From an uncultured archaeon (GTDB lineage Archaea; Iainarchaeota; Iainarchaeia; Iainarchaeales; JAAZKV01), in NCBI GenBank assembly GCA_964551375.1, contig CAZKBG010000001.1, positions 270,001-302,000 of the forward strand: 32,000 bases of DNA, in the 5' to 3' direction. This document shows, in pieces, positions 1-8,947 of this stretch. A program made the position numbers and the translations under genes. Under the pieces are notes generated by a model. It had not been told where the DNA came from. It saw only the letters and a list, made by a program, of their open reading frames with translations, and made no database searches. Positions within the stretch are counted from its first letter, which is position 1, and every line of letters begins with the position of its first letter.

Positions 1-683
1 GAAGAGGAACTGATTTGAGAGGGAATAAACTTTCAAGCAAAGGAAGAGCGCAGATGTACCGCTTAATCAAGTGGCACAAAAGAGCAAGTGTATCAAGCTC
101 AATGCAGAGAAACTTATCAATCGCATTAACAGAAATGAGAAGAGTAGCTTCATATCTAAATATACCGGACACTCTTGTTGAAGCAGCGGCTTTGCTTTAT
201 AGAAAAACTGTAAAGAAAGGATTAATCAGAGGAAGATTAATCGAAGCAGTTGTTGCTGCAGTACTTTACACTGTGTGCAGAACATACCACGTTCCAAGAA
301 CTCTAAACGAAATGGCTGAAGCAAGCGGACTAACTAAGAAGGAAATTGGAAGAACATACAGATTCCTTGTTAGAGAATTAAACCTTGGAGTACCACTAAC
401 AAATCCAATACACTACATCCCAAGATTCGCAAGCGAACTAAACTTGAGCGGAGAAGTTCAGGAAGAAGGAAGAAGAATCCTTGAAGAAGCAATCAAGAAA
501 GGATTAATCTCTGGAAGAGGACCAACTGGAGTAGCAGCAGCAGCTGTTTATATTGCAGGACTCTTGAAGGGAGAAAGAAGAACTCAAAAAGAAGTTGCAA
601 ATGTTGCCGGAGTTACAGAAGTAACAATCCGAAACAGATACAGAGAGTTGAAGAAGAGACTCAACATCGATGTAGCAGCATAA
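1..683 (+). CDS. tfb: Transcription initiation factor IIB (TFB), 5' end cut by window edge
   Basis: The reading frame is open from nt 3 with no upstream stop, so the TTG at 15 in the ORF track is not the true start. The translation shows the TFB linker and core: RLIKWHKR..QRNLSIAL.E..R....LNIP..LVEAAALLYRK, a second cyclin repeat (PIHYIPRFASELNL) and the C-terminal HTH (TQKEVANVAGVTEVTIRNRYREL). Confidence 0.93.
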   Translation, partial: RGTDLRGNKLSSKGRAQMYRLIKWHKRASVSSSMQRNLSIALTEMRRVASYLNIPDTLVEAAALLYRKTVKKGLIRGRLIEAVVAAVLYTVCRTYHVPRTLNEMAEASGLTKKEIGRTYRFLVRELNLGVPLTNPIHYIPRFASELNLSGEVQEEGRRILEEAIKKGLISGRGPTGVAAAAVYIAGLLKGERRTQKEVANVAGVTEVTIRNRYRELKKRLNIDVAA

Positions 684-704
684 TAACTACAATTAAATTG
701 GAAA

Positions 705-737
705 GGGCAGCTATGCTGCCCCATCCAACTATTTTTT
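705..737 (+). terminator. Hairpin plus T6 tract downstream of tfb
   Basis: gggcagc (705-711), loop tat, gctgccc (715-721) form a perfect 7-bp stem, followed by tttttt at 732-737. It lies about 22 nt after the tfb stop. Oligo-T termination is established for archaea; a role for the hairpin is inference. Confidence 0.5.
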
Positions 738-762
738 ATAATTCAAACACCCTATTCTAAGC

Positions 763-1206
763 ATGGGTAAAATGCCTGTAACTACTGTTGAATGGATTCT
801 ATTTGAAGCAACCATTATTGTGATTGCGCTTGTTTTAATCGCAATTGCGCTTTCATTTAGAAAAGGAAGCTATCCAAAAATCAAAATACCAAAACTGCTT
901 CCGCGGGCAGGATTTAAATTCAAGCTTCAGCAGGTGGCAACAATACTCACGCATGATGGATTGTTTCCATCACTTACTCTTCATGAAACATACTTTGAGT
1001 ACAGACTTGTTAATGGGCACAAAGTAAAATACTCTGACATCACTGGAATTGAAACTAAAAAATATTTGCTTTACGGACACACACTTCTTCTAAAAGTCAA
1101 AGGCAAATCTTGGGGATTTTACCCAAGGGACTTGTGGCTTTCAATGGGAAGAGAGGATAACTTAAAAGAGCTTGAGAAGTTCTTTATAGAGAAAACAAAA
1201 AAATAG
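763..1206 (+). CDS. Hypothetical membrane-anchored protein (single N-terminal TM)
   Basis: 147-aa ATG ORF with the hydrophobic segment WILFEATIIVIALVLIAIALSF. TATA-like attttttataatt (731-743) lies about 25 nt upstream, consistent with a leaderless start. The C-terminal half is vaguely bacterial-PH-like by eye only. Confidence 0.7.
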   Translation: MGKMPVTTVEWILFEATIIVIALVLIAIALSFRKGSYPKIKIPKLLPRAGFKFKLQQVATILTHDGLFPSLTLHETYFEYRLVNGHKVKYSDITGIETKKYLLYGHTLLLKVKGKSWGFYPRDLWLSMGREDNLKELEKFFIEKTKK

Positions 1207-1278
1207 CTAATATGTAAAGTAGCGGCCAAATTAAAACCCTCAAAAGCTTTTTTAACAACAAAATCATATTAGTACTAT

Positions 1279-1845
1279 ATGCAGGCAGGGCTAAAAGCAA
1301 GGAGAATACTTCCAAGCTCAAAACAAAGGGTTTTTGGACTTCCTCCAAAACAAGTTCTTGAAAAATTCTCAGCAGAGTTTCCAAATCACAAAAACCAGAG
1401 GCTTTACTTAATACCAGGAGAAAAAGAATCAGCAGTAATCAAAGCTATACTTCCTTCAAAACAACTGCTTTTCAATGTAAAACACTCAAGCGGAAATCTT
1501 GAGTTCCACCCAGCAGGCGCATTTAATCACGGATTTACGCACAGAGAAGTTTTTGGAGCCCCAAGAGGAGTGGGGCTTGGAAGAGCGGCGCTTAGAACCG
1601 AACTTGCCATAGCAAGAAAAAAAGGATTAAAACACCACAATGTTAATTCACCGCACAAATCAAGCACATTAATGTTTCTAAAGGAAGGATACAAAATTGA
1701 CCCCGCGACAAACAAGCAGGCAATGGCTGCTACGGGAATTAGAACTGAAAGAGAACTTATTGAATTTTTAACAAAACAATCCACTCCTGAAGAATTAAAA
1801 CACGGCTGGAATCTTGTAAGACAGATTAACCCAAGCAAAAAGTAA
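1279..1845 (+). CDS. Hypothetical protein, possible divergent GNAT-fold acyltransferase
   Basis: 188 aa. PRGVGLGRAALRTELAIARKKGL resembles GNAT motif A (R/Q-x-x-G-x-G/A followed by a helix) and NSPHKSSTLMFLKEGYKI resembles motif B. The match is by eye; no search was possible. Confidence 0.55.
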   Translation: MQAGLKARRILPSSKQRVFGLPPKQVLEKFSAEFPNHKNQRLYLIPGEKESAVIKAILPSKQLLFNVKHSSGNLEFHPAGAFNHGFTHREVFGAPRGVGLGRAALRTELAIARKKGLKHHNVNSPHKSSTLMFLKEGYKIDPATNKQAMAATGIRTERELIEFLTKQSTPEELKHGWNLVRQINPSKK

Positions 1846-1916
1846 ATAATTCACAATAGTTCCAAAAATAAGCACTTTCTTCTCAATTTATATTCTTTTT
1901 CGTACAAGAGTATTAT

Positions 1917-2213
1917 ATGAAGTCGCAATTATCACAGTACTTTGACTCAACTAAAAGAAACTGCATGCTTTGCCACACTTACAGAAACTTAAAGCCAAGC
2001 GCGGATCATAGAGAAATGGCTTTAACAACAACCCAAAGGGCTTATGAAGCGCTAAAAGAAGCATTTGATGTTTTAAGAGCGGAAGATGCAAGCGTTGAAA
2101 AGCTGGAAAAAGTAAAAGCCGCAAAGGTATTATGCCTTGACGCAATTGATGCATGCGGCACCTGCGACAAGCAGAGACCAAGAATGAAAGAAATTCTAAT
2201 TGATATTAAATAA
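1917..2213 (+). CDS. Hypothetical small Cys-containing protein
   Basis: 98-aa ORF with CMLC near the N-terminus and C-x6-C-x2-C (CLDAIDACGTC) near the C-terminus. TATA-like caatttatatt lies about 28 nt upstream. A 76-aa antisense ORF competes but looks like mirror-frame noise. Confidence 0.55.
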   Translation: MKSQLSQYFDSTKRNCMLCHTYRNLKPSADHREMALTTTQRAYEALKEAFDVLRAEDASVEKLEKVKAAKVLCLDAIDACGTCDKQRPRMKEILIDIK

Positions 2214-2307
2214 CTCCTTTTTAGCAGACTTTTTCTAATCCAAAAATAAGCATTTCATTTATAAGTTAGTTCAGACTTTTAGTTACTATCTTTAGGCAAG
2301 TGAATTT

Positions 2308-2967
2308 ATGATAATTGCAGGAATTGATGAAGCAGGAAGAGGGCCTTGCTTTGGACCCATGACTATAACCATTGCAATTGCAGAAAAAGAAAGCGAAATT
2401 GAACTCAAAAAACTTGGCGTAAAAGACTCAAAAGAACTCCTTCCAAACAAAAGAAAAGCGCTTATTGAAGGCATCAAAAACAACATTTTAGAGGAAAAAA
2501 CGCAGATAATTACCCCCATAGAAATCAATGATATGATGGCACAGCACTCTTTAAATGAAATAGAAGCCATCAGAATAGGACAACTCCTTAATGAGATAAA
2601 ACAAATCCCCCAAATTGTTTATGTAGATTCGCCTGATGCAAAAGCGGGAAGTTTTGAGAAAAGAATCCGAAAATACCTCTCAAAAGAAAGGCAGAAAATC
2701 AAAATAGTTGCCGAAAATAAAGCTGATTCTAATTATGTAATTGTCGGAGCGGCAAGCATTATTGCAAAAGTCACAAGAGATGAAGAAATTGAACAATTGA
2801 CTAAAAAATTTGGCGATTTTGGAAGCGGATACCCAAGTGATCCTAAAACAAAAAAGTTCTTGGCGGAATATGTGGAAAAAAACAAAAAGCTGCCTCCTTT
2901 TGCAAGAATTTTCTGGAGCACCTGCACTACCGCGCTTGATAAAATAGGACAGCAAAAACTTCTTTAG
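2308..2967 (+). CDS. rnhB: Ribonuclease HII
   Basis: N-terminal IAGIDEAGRGPCFGPM (catalytic DEAGRG motif), a DSK motif, and ADSNYVIVGAASIIAKVTRD. Length of 219 aa is typical. Confidence 0.95.
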   Translation: MIIAGIDEAGRGPCFGPMTITIAIAEKESEIELKKLGVKDSKELLPNKRKALIEGIKNNILEEKTQIITPIEINDMMAQHSLNEIEAIRIGQLLNEIKQIPQIVYVDSPDAKAGSFEKRIRKYLSKERQKIKIVAENKADSNYVIVGAASIIAKVTRDEEIEQLTKKFGDFGSGYPSDPKTKKFLAEYVEKNKKLPPFARIFWSTCTTALDKIGQQKLL

Positions 2968-2983
2968 AACTTTCTAAATAGTG

Positions 2984-3733
2984 TTATTTTTTCTTTGCAG
3001 ATTTTTTATCTTTTGAAACAGGAGATTTAACCTTAACCGGAGCAACTGCATTTTGTTTTGATTTTTTCGCAGCGGCTTTATTTAATTTCTTTGCCTTTCT
3101 GTTATGCGATGCTATTTCACTTGCTTTAAGCAGAACATTACGCTCAACAGGTTTAGGATGTTGAACAACTGGAGCAGAAGGAGTTTCAATTGCCAATGGT
3201 TTTACTTCAACTTTAGCCTCAATAGCAGGAACTTTGGGAAGCGCTTGAGCAGCAGGAATAACAGGAGCAACTGGTTCAGCTGCTTTTTTAACTTCAACAG
3301 GAGCCAAAGATTCTGTTTTTACTTCAGCAACTGGTTTTACTGCAACAGATTTTTTCAAAACATGAGATTTAGCTGAAGGTTTTGATTTTTTTGAATTTTT
3401 TGGCACAGATTTTACTACATTAGATATTTTCTTAGCTTTTTTTGCAGATTTTGCTTTTAATTTTGCTGATTTAACTTTCTTAACCTGCTTTTTTACCTTA
3501 ACAGCAACTTTTGGAGAAGACTTTTTTGCTTTTTTCTTAACAACTTTCTTAGCATACCCTGCTCTCAATGTATCAAGCGCATCAGCATCAAATTCCATGG
3601 GATAAAAACTTGTTTTCCCGCAGGAAAGGCAGTCATAATAATGCCCAGCGTCAAAAATTCGCACGCTTAATTTTGAACTAAAGCAATCAGGACAAATTTT
3701 TACAAAATGACCTTTTATTTTGCCCATACTCAC
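2984..3733 (-). CDS. Zinc-ribbon protein with long Lys/Ala/Pro/Val-rich (histone H1-like) tail
   Basis: The N-terminal 45 aa carry CPDC...(17 aa)...CLSC, a 4-Cys ribbon. The remaining ~200 aa are low complexity (KKVVKKKAKKSSPKVAVKVKKQVKKVKSAKLKAKSAKKAKK ... KAKKLNKAAAKKSKQ ... SKDKKSAKKK). GGTG lies 8 nt upstream of the ATG (aacggtgtgagtATG on the minus strand). Confidence 0.8.
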   Translation of the reverse strand: MSMGKIKGHFVKICPDCFSSKLSVRIFDAGHYYDCLSCGKTSFYPMEFDADALDTLRAGYAKKVVKKKAKKSSPKVAVKVKKQVKKVKSAKLKAKSAKKAKKISNVVKSVPKNSKKSKPSAKSHVLKKSVAVKPVAEVKTESLAPVEVKKAAEPVAPVIPAAQALPKVPAIEAKVEVKPLAIETPSAPVVQHPKPVERNVLLKASEIASHNRKAKKLNKAAAKKSKQNAVAPVKVKSPVSKDKKSAKKK

Positions 3734-3798
3734 ACCGTTTTTTTACAGCATAACTTAAATCATATTTCCAAAATTTAATAATTATTCTATTTTAATAA

Positions 3799-4452
3799 TT
3801 ATTCCTTAACTTCCTCAACTTCAACATCTTTTACTTTTTCAATCTCTTCAACTGCAGAATTATGGCTTGTAGCTGTTTGCTCCATTATTGCATTAACTGC
3901 ATTTCCAAGCTGGGAGCGGGAATCTGTCGCGCTTGGAGCAACCGGAACCGCTTTCTTTTTTGATTTCCCAAAATCTTTTCCAAAATATTCAATAAATTTT
4001 GTAGTGGTGGTTAAAACAAAAGTTCTTCCTTTGGGCTCTTTTTTAATAAATCCCTCTTCAAGCAAAAGCTTTAGGTGGTCATATGCTTTGTTGTTCCTAT
4101 ACTGAACAACTGTGCTCTGTGAGATTGGTTGCTTGTATGCAATAAATGCAAGTGTTTTCATTACACCCCTTGAAAACATTGAATTTTGGGCAAATTGCTG
4201 AACTTCATCTTCATACTCTTCCTTAACTCTCATCTGATATCCTACAGGAAGCTCAACAATCTCAAGCGCGCTCTTTCTGGTATTATAAAAATGCATTAAT
4301 TCTCTAATAAGAGCCAGAGTTTCAACTCGGGAGTTTATTTTTGCGATATTATTTAGTTCTTCAACAGTAAGAGGCTTTGGGGACATGAAAAGCGCTGCTT
4401 CCATTATTTTTTCTTTTTCCATTCGGTTAATTGTGCCCGTAATTACTTCCAT
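3799..4452 (-). CDS. scpB: Segregation and condensation protein B (ScpB)
   Basis: IMEAALFMSPKPLTVEELNNI..., LEIVELPVGYQMRVKEEY..., and a second winged helix (LKTLAFIAYKQPISQSTVVQYRNNKAYDHLKLLLEEGFI). The start could instead be the internal Met at residue 11 or 17. Confidence 0.85.
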   Translation of the reverse strand: MEVITGTINRMEKEKIMEAALFMSPKPLTVEELNNIAKINSRVETLALIRELMHFYNTRKSALEIVELPVGYQMRVKEEYEDEVQQFAQNSMFSRGVMKTLAFIAYKQPISQSTVVQYRNNKAYDHLKLLLEEGFIKKEPKGRTFVLTTTTKFIEYFGKDFGKSKKKAVPVAPSATDSRSQLGNAVNAIMEQTATSHNSAVEEIEKVKDVEVEEVKE

Positions 4453-4508
4453 TCAAATCACTCTAACTTAAAGAAAAGCTGTTGGGGTATAAATAGATAT
4501 GGGGCAAA

Positions 4509-5036
4509 TTAAGGAAGTTCAGGCAGTTTTAGATAGCGCCTGATTCCTATTGTATTATCGGAGTGAGTCATTTTCTTTAAAGCCTCATCGCTTGTCGCCC
4601 AAATGACTTCCTGCCTTACTTTTTCCTCATCAGAAACAGCATCAGGAGCATCCGAGATTAATTCAAGCAAAACAGGCTGGTCTATTCTGTGCCTCCAGAC
4701 ATTTTTATTCTCCGCAAAAAAGTGGGACTCAATAACCCCGCCTAACTTCTTAACGGCTTTTGCCCTAAAGCCGGTTTCTTCAAATAATTCCCTCACCGCA
4801 GCATCTTGTGCATTTTCGCCTTCATCAATTCCGCCAATAACTGGAGCAATCCAGCCAAATTTCGGCCAATAAACAAGCAAAAACTTTCCATCGCTCTTTC
4901 TTTGAATAACGCAGGATATTGTGAATCTTTTTTCAGCTACTTTATTAGGGATTCCAAAAACGAGAACTCCGTTTTTGCTTAACTTTGAGTTATACTTAGC
5001 AACTTTAGGGACTGAAACATTATTACTAACAGCCAT
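4509..5036 (-). CDS. NUDIX hydrolase
   Basis: Nudix box GGIDEGENAQDAAVRELFEETGF matches G-x5-E-x7-REUxEExGU. Confidence 0.9.
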   Translation of the reverse strand: MAVSNNVSVPKVAKYNSKLSKNGVLVFGIPNKVAEKRFTISCVIQRKSDGKFLLVYWPKFGWIAPVIGGIDEGENAQDAAVRELFEETGFRAKAVKKLGGVIESHFFAENKNVWRHRIDQPVLLELISDAPDAVSDEEKVRQEVIWATSDEALKKMTHSDNTIGIRRYLKLPELP

Positions 5037-5078
5037 AAAAATAAATTCTCACAGCGAGCAATATCTCATTTTATTATT

Positions 5079-7736
5079 TTATTCAATTATAAGCGCAGGT
5101 TTTGCTGGGAAAGCATTCTTTGCTTTAGCTTCTTTTGAATCATCAGCTTTTATTATTTCAATAACCCCAAATTCTTTCTCAAGCATGGGCTTTGCTTCGT
5201 TTAGCACTTTCACTTCATCAAACTTCTCAAGCGATGCCCACTCACCCATTCTATTAATTGCGGTTTTTAGGAAAGGCGCAATATCAGCACCGTGTTTTTT
5301 CATTTCGCTATCAGCCATTAATGCTTTCATCGCAGCGCCAAAATCAGGCTTTTCCCCAACAGCTTTTTTAATTATCCCAAGCGCTTTCCACTTCCATTCA
5401 GGAGAAACAAATAATCTTACTTTTGAAACTTTCTCAAGCTTTGCAAGCTCTTTAATTCTAAGAATATCAAGGCGAAGGTTATCCACAACCCCGTCAATTC
5501 TTTCCAAATTCTCATCAATTAATTTTTCATCGAAAATCGGCCATGATTCTACCGAAACAAAAGTTTTGTTTCCTGTTTTGTGCCACAATTCTTCGGAAAT
5601 ATGCGGGCAAAACGGCGAAACTATTTTTAACAATAAATCAAAAGCATCTTTTGGAATCTGTTCAAGCGAATCAAGGTGATCCAAGAACTGCATTATTGAA
5701 AGAATTGCGCGAGGATAATCAAAACACTCAATAGATTTAGTCACGCTTCGCACTGCGATGTGCATTTTATTTTCTGTTCTTCTTGACATTTTTATTTTCT
5801 TTACTTTATCGCTTGCTCTGATAAATTTAGTAATCACTCTATAGGAACCCATTACTCCTTCATCGCTCCACTCCATTTGTTTGTCTGGAGAACACACAAA
5901 CATTAAGAATAATCTTGCAGTGTCAATCCCGTATTTTGTTGAAATATCAGTTTGGAAAACTACATTTCCTTTGGATTTAGACATTTTTGCGCCGTCTTTG
6001 TACAAAATTCCCTGATTGAATAATTTTTGGAAAGGCTCGTCAAAATCAACATACCCTAAATCCTTAAGCGCCTTGATGAAGAACCTTGCATAAATTAAGT
6101 GCATTACCGCGTGCTCTGCTCCGCCAATATATTGATCCACAGGCATCCAATAATTTACTCTCTTTGAATCATAAGGTTTTGATTTGTTTTTGTTATCACA
6201 ATATCTCAAGAAATACCAGCTGGAATCAACAAATCCGCCCATGGTATCAGTTTCTCTTTTTGCAGCGCCGCCGCACTTAGGGCATTTTGTGTTAATGAAC
6301 TCAACGCAAGAGGCAAGCGGATTTCCATTCGCTGAATAATTTACATTCTTTGGAAGAGTTACAGGCAAATCCTTATCCGGAACAGCAACTTCGCCACATT
6401 TTGGGCAGTGAATTATTGGAATTGGAGTTCCCCAATATCTTTGCCTTGAAATTAGCCAATCTCTAATGCTGTAATTAACAATTTTACTTCCAAACCCTTT
6501 CTCTTCAAGCCAATTCGCCATTTTAGGAAGCGCTTCCTTATTTTTCATTCCTGAAAATTTCCCTGAATCAAAAAGAACGCCGTCATCAACAAAAGCATCT
6601 TTGAAATCTTTTGGATTAATTGACTTTCCGTCAGAGCTTATTACAAACTTTAGAGGAATATTGTACTTTTTAGCAAATCTAAAATCTCTCTTGTCATGCG
6701 CATCGCACATCACTACGCCAGTCCCATACATCAGCGCAAAATTAGCAACATAAATTGGAATCTTCTCATCATTTACAGGATTTATTGCATATCTTCCAGT
6801 GAAAACCCCTTCTTTTTCTTTTTCTTCATTAATCCTGTCCTCAACTTTTTCTTTAGCAACTTTTTTAACAAACTCTTTCACTTCTTTTTCCTGCGGTGTT
6901 CCTTTTACTAACTCATCAACAAGAGGACTTTCAGGAGCAACTGCAACAAAAGTAACTGAATAAATTGTGTCGCACCTTGTAGTAAATGCTGGAAGCGGCG
7001 CGTTGTTGTGAGCAAGCTTAAAATTAATATTTACTCCCTCGCTTCTTCCAACCCAGTTCTTCTGCATCACTTTAATCTTTTCAGGCCACTCTACTTTATC
7101 CAAATCTTCAACCAATCTGTCAGCATATGCTGTAATTTTAAAGAACCACTGGGCCAAATCTTTTTTTGTCACTTCATTATCGCATCTCCAGCACTTGCCG
7201 TTTTCAGCCTCTTCATTTGCAAGAACTGATTGGCAATTCTCGCACCAATTAACTGGCGCTTTTTTTCTATAAGCTAAGCCTTTTTCAAATAATTTAATAA
7301 AAAAGAACTGATTCCACCTATAATATTCAGGCTCATGGCTTGAAAGCGTTCTGTCCCAGTCATAGCTGTTTCCAAGCGCTTTTTGATACTCCATTATTTT
7401 CTTAATCGCGCCTTCTGTATAATCAAGCGGAGGAGTCCCTGCTTTTTTTGCAGCAGTTTCCGCAGGAAGCCCGAAAGAATCATAACCCATTGGATAAAGA
7501 ACATTAAAATTATTCATTCGCTTAAATCTCGCAAAAATATCCCCAATAGTGTAGCATCTTACATGCCCCATGTGGAGAAAGCTTGCGCTCGGATAAGGGT
7601 ACATTTCAAGAACATAGCACTTTTCTTTCTTTGAATCTTCTTTCGCAGTGAAAATCTTCTCTTTTTCCCACGCGCTCTGCCACTTCTTTTCAACAGCAAG
7701 GAAATCAAACTTATCTGAATTAACTTCAGCAGCCAT
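5079..7736 (-). CDS. leuS: Leucyl-tRNA synthetase, bacterial-type architecture
   Basis: HMGH (YPYPSASFLHMGHVRCYTIGD), PMGYDSFGLPAE, MQKNWVGRSEG, the editing-domain TTRCDT motif and KMSKSKGN are all present. Length is 885 aa. The N-terminal ~230 aa are collinear with E. coli LeuS as I recall it. Confidence 0.97.
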   Translation of the reverse strand: MAAEVNSDKFDFLAVEKKWQSAWEKEKIFTAKEDSKKEKCYVLEMYPYPSASFLHMGHVRCYTIGDIFARFKRMNNFNVLYPMGYDSFGLPAETAAKKAGTPPLDYTEGAIKKIMEYQKALGNSYDWDRTLSSHEPEYYRWNQFFFIKLFEKGLAYRKKAPVNWCENCQSVLANEEAENGKCWRCDNEVTKKDLAQWFFKITAYADRLVEDLDKVEWPEKIKVMQKNWVGRSEGVNINFKLAHNNAPLPAFTTRCDTIYSVTFVAVAPESPLVDELVKGTPQEKEVKEFVKKVAKEKVEDRINEEKEKEGVFTGRYAINPVNDEKIPIYVANFALMYGTGVVMCDAHDKRDFRFAKKYNIPLKFVISSDGKSINPKDFKDAFVDDGVLFDSGKFSGMKNKEALPKMANWLEEKGFGSKIVNYSIRDWLISRQRYWGTPIPIIHCPKCGEVAVPDKDLPVTLPKNVNYSANGNPLASCVEFINTKCPKCGGAAKRETDTMGGFVDSSWYFLRYCDNKNKSKPYDSKRVNYWMPVDQYIGGAEHAVMHLIYARFFIKALKDLGYVDFDEPFQKLFNQGILYKDGAKMSKSKGNVVFQTDISTKYGIDTARLFLMFVCSPDKQMEWSDEGVMGSYRVITKFIRASDKVKKIKMSRRTENKMHIAVRSVTKSIECFDYPRAILSIMQFLDHLDSLEQIPKDAFDLLLKIVSPFCPHISEELWHKTGNKTFVSVESWPIFDEKLIDENLERIDGVVDNLRLDILRIKELAKLEKVSKVRLFVSPEWKWKALGIIKKAVGEKPDFGAAMKALMADSEMKKHGADIAPFLKTAINRMGEWASLEKFDEVKVLNEAKPMLEKEFGVIEIIKADDSKEAKAKNAFPAKPALIIE

Positions 7737-7831
7737 ACTTAAATGGATTTTAGGTAGCCTTTTTAAAACAAGTTTTTAGGGTTTTTAGGGCCAAAGAAAC
7801 GATTATATACTAATTTTTCCTCTCTTTTGCG

Positions 7832-8947
7832 ATGGATAGCAAAATGATTTTTATCCTGCCGGGAGTAATCCTTTCAATTCTTGTGGCGGTTTTTGTCGCT
7901 CTTGGAGCGTACTTTTTCTCGCTTGCGCACATCACAGTCAAAATGTTTCTGACAATTAACGCTTTTCCCTTGATTAATTCAATTCTTACGATGAACTTTC
8001 TGCTTTTCTTAATCTGCGCGGCGGTTTCAATCGCAATGATGCTTGTTATCGGAAGAAGATACTCTTTCACAGGCGCGCTTGCTTTGACAATAATCCCTTA
8101 TTTTGTTGGAGCGGCAATTGGAACATTCTTTTTTGGATTAAATGAATTCTTTATTCCTATCGCTGGAATAATAATTGGACTTCCTGTCGGAATAAAATTC
8201 CTTGCTGAAAAAGAAGATGAATTAAGATACTTAAAACGCCCAAGAGCCGGAGGAAGCGCCGCGGGAAGAATTATTACAATAGCATCGCTTATTTTTGCAT
8301 TATTTCTGCTTCTTCAAACACTTCCCCAAAAAGAGGCTTTGAGAGAAGAATTTGTGCCAGAACTTTTAATGATGACAATCGGAGACAAAGACCTTACCAT
8401 GGGGGATTCATTTAGACTCCAGCTTGCGGAGTCAATAGCAGCCCAGCAAGTTTCAACAATTGATTTAATGCTAAATCAAACGCCTTTGAAAAATTTATCC
8501 GCAAAAAATGACCAGGACGCTCAGGACTTAATTTCTTCGCTTAATGCAACAAAACTTAACTTTGAGGGAGACGCATTCAAAAAAGATGTTGCGGATAAGC
8601 TTCAGTCGCAGGACCTTGATCTTGGGAAAGAATTGTTAAACAAATTCCCAATGATTGAACTTGTGTCAAGATTTGCCTGGCTGATGTACCCATTTACCGC
8701 GCTTGTGACTTTAATGTTCATTGGAGGACTTATCACAAGAAACCTTGCGGCGCTCTTTTATGGAGTGCTTGAAATTTACATCCGCCCAGTAGGCGAAAAA
8801 GCGCCGTCATCAAGCTCAAATAAAATAGAGTTTACCGTTGAGGAAAAACCAGCGCAAACAGCCCCCGCTGTGAACGAACCAGAAACACCCGCATCTGAAG
8901 CAAAAACACAGAATGAGGCTCAAACCGAACAAAACAATAACAAATAA
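7832..8947 (+). CDS. Hypothetical polytopic membrane protein
   Basis: 371 aa. Several hydrophobic helices lie in the first 125 aa, another around residue 150, then a ~130-aa polar region, another TM, and a Pro/Glu/Thr/Gln-rich tail. TATA-like gattatatacta lies about 25 nt upstream. Confidence 0.8.
   Translation: MDSKMIFILPGVILSILVAVFVALGAYFFSLAHITVKMFLTINAFPLINSILTMNFLLFLICAAVSIAMMLVIGRRYSFTGALALTIIPYFVGAAIGTFFFGLNEFFIPIAGIIIGLPVGIKFLAEKEDELRYLKRPRAGGSAAGRIITIASLIFALFLLLQTLPQKEALREEFVPELLMMTIGDKDLTMGDSFRLQLAESIAAQQVSTIDLMLNQTPLKNLSAKNDQDAQDLISSLNATKLNFEGDAFKKDVADKLQSQDLDLGKELLNKFPMIELVSRFAWLMYPFTALVTLMFIGGLITRNLAALFYGVLEIYIRPVGEKAPSSSSNKIEFTVEEKPAQTAPAVNEPETPASEAKTQNEAQTEQNNNK

Noticed and set aside
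4921-5679. 252-aa plus-strand ORF spanning the NUDIX 5' end, the intergenic gap and the leuS 3' end
   Set aside because: It is entirely antisense to two well-supported genes. Its translation is S/F/I/A-rich low complexity, typical of the mirror frame of K/E-rich coding sequence. It has no TATA box or SD-like sequence and no recognisable motif.
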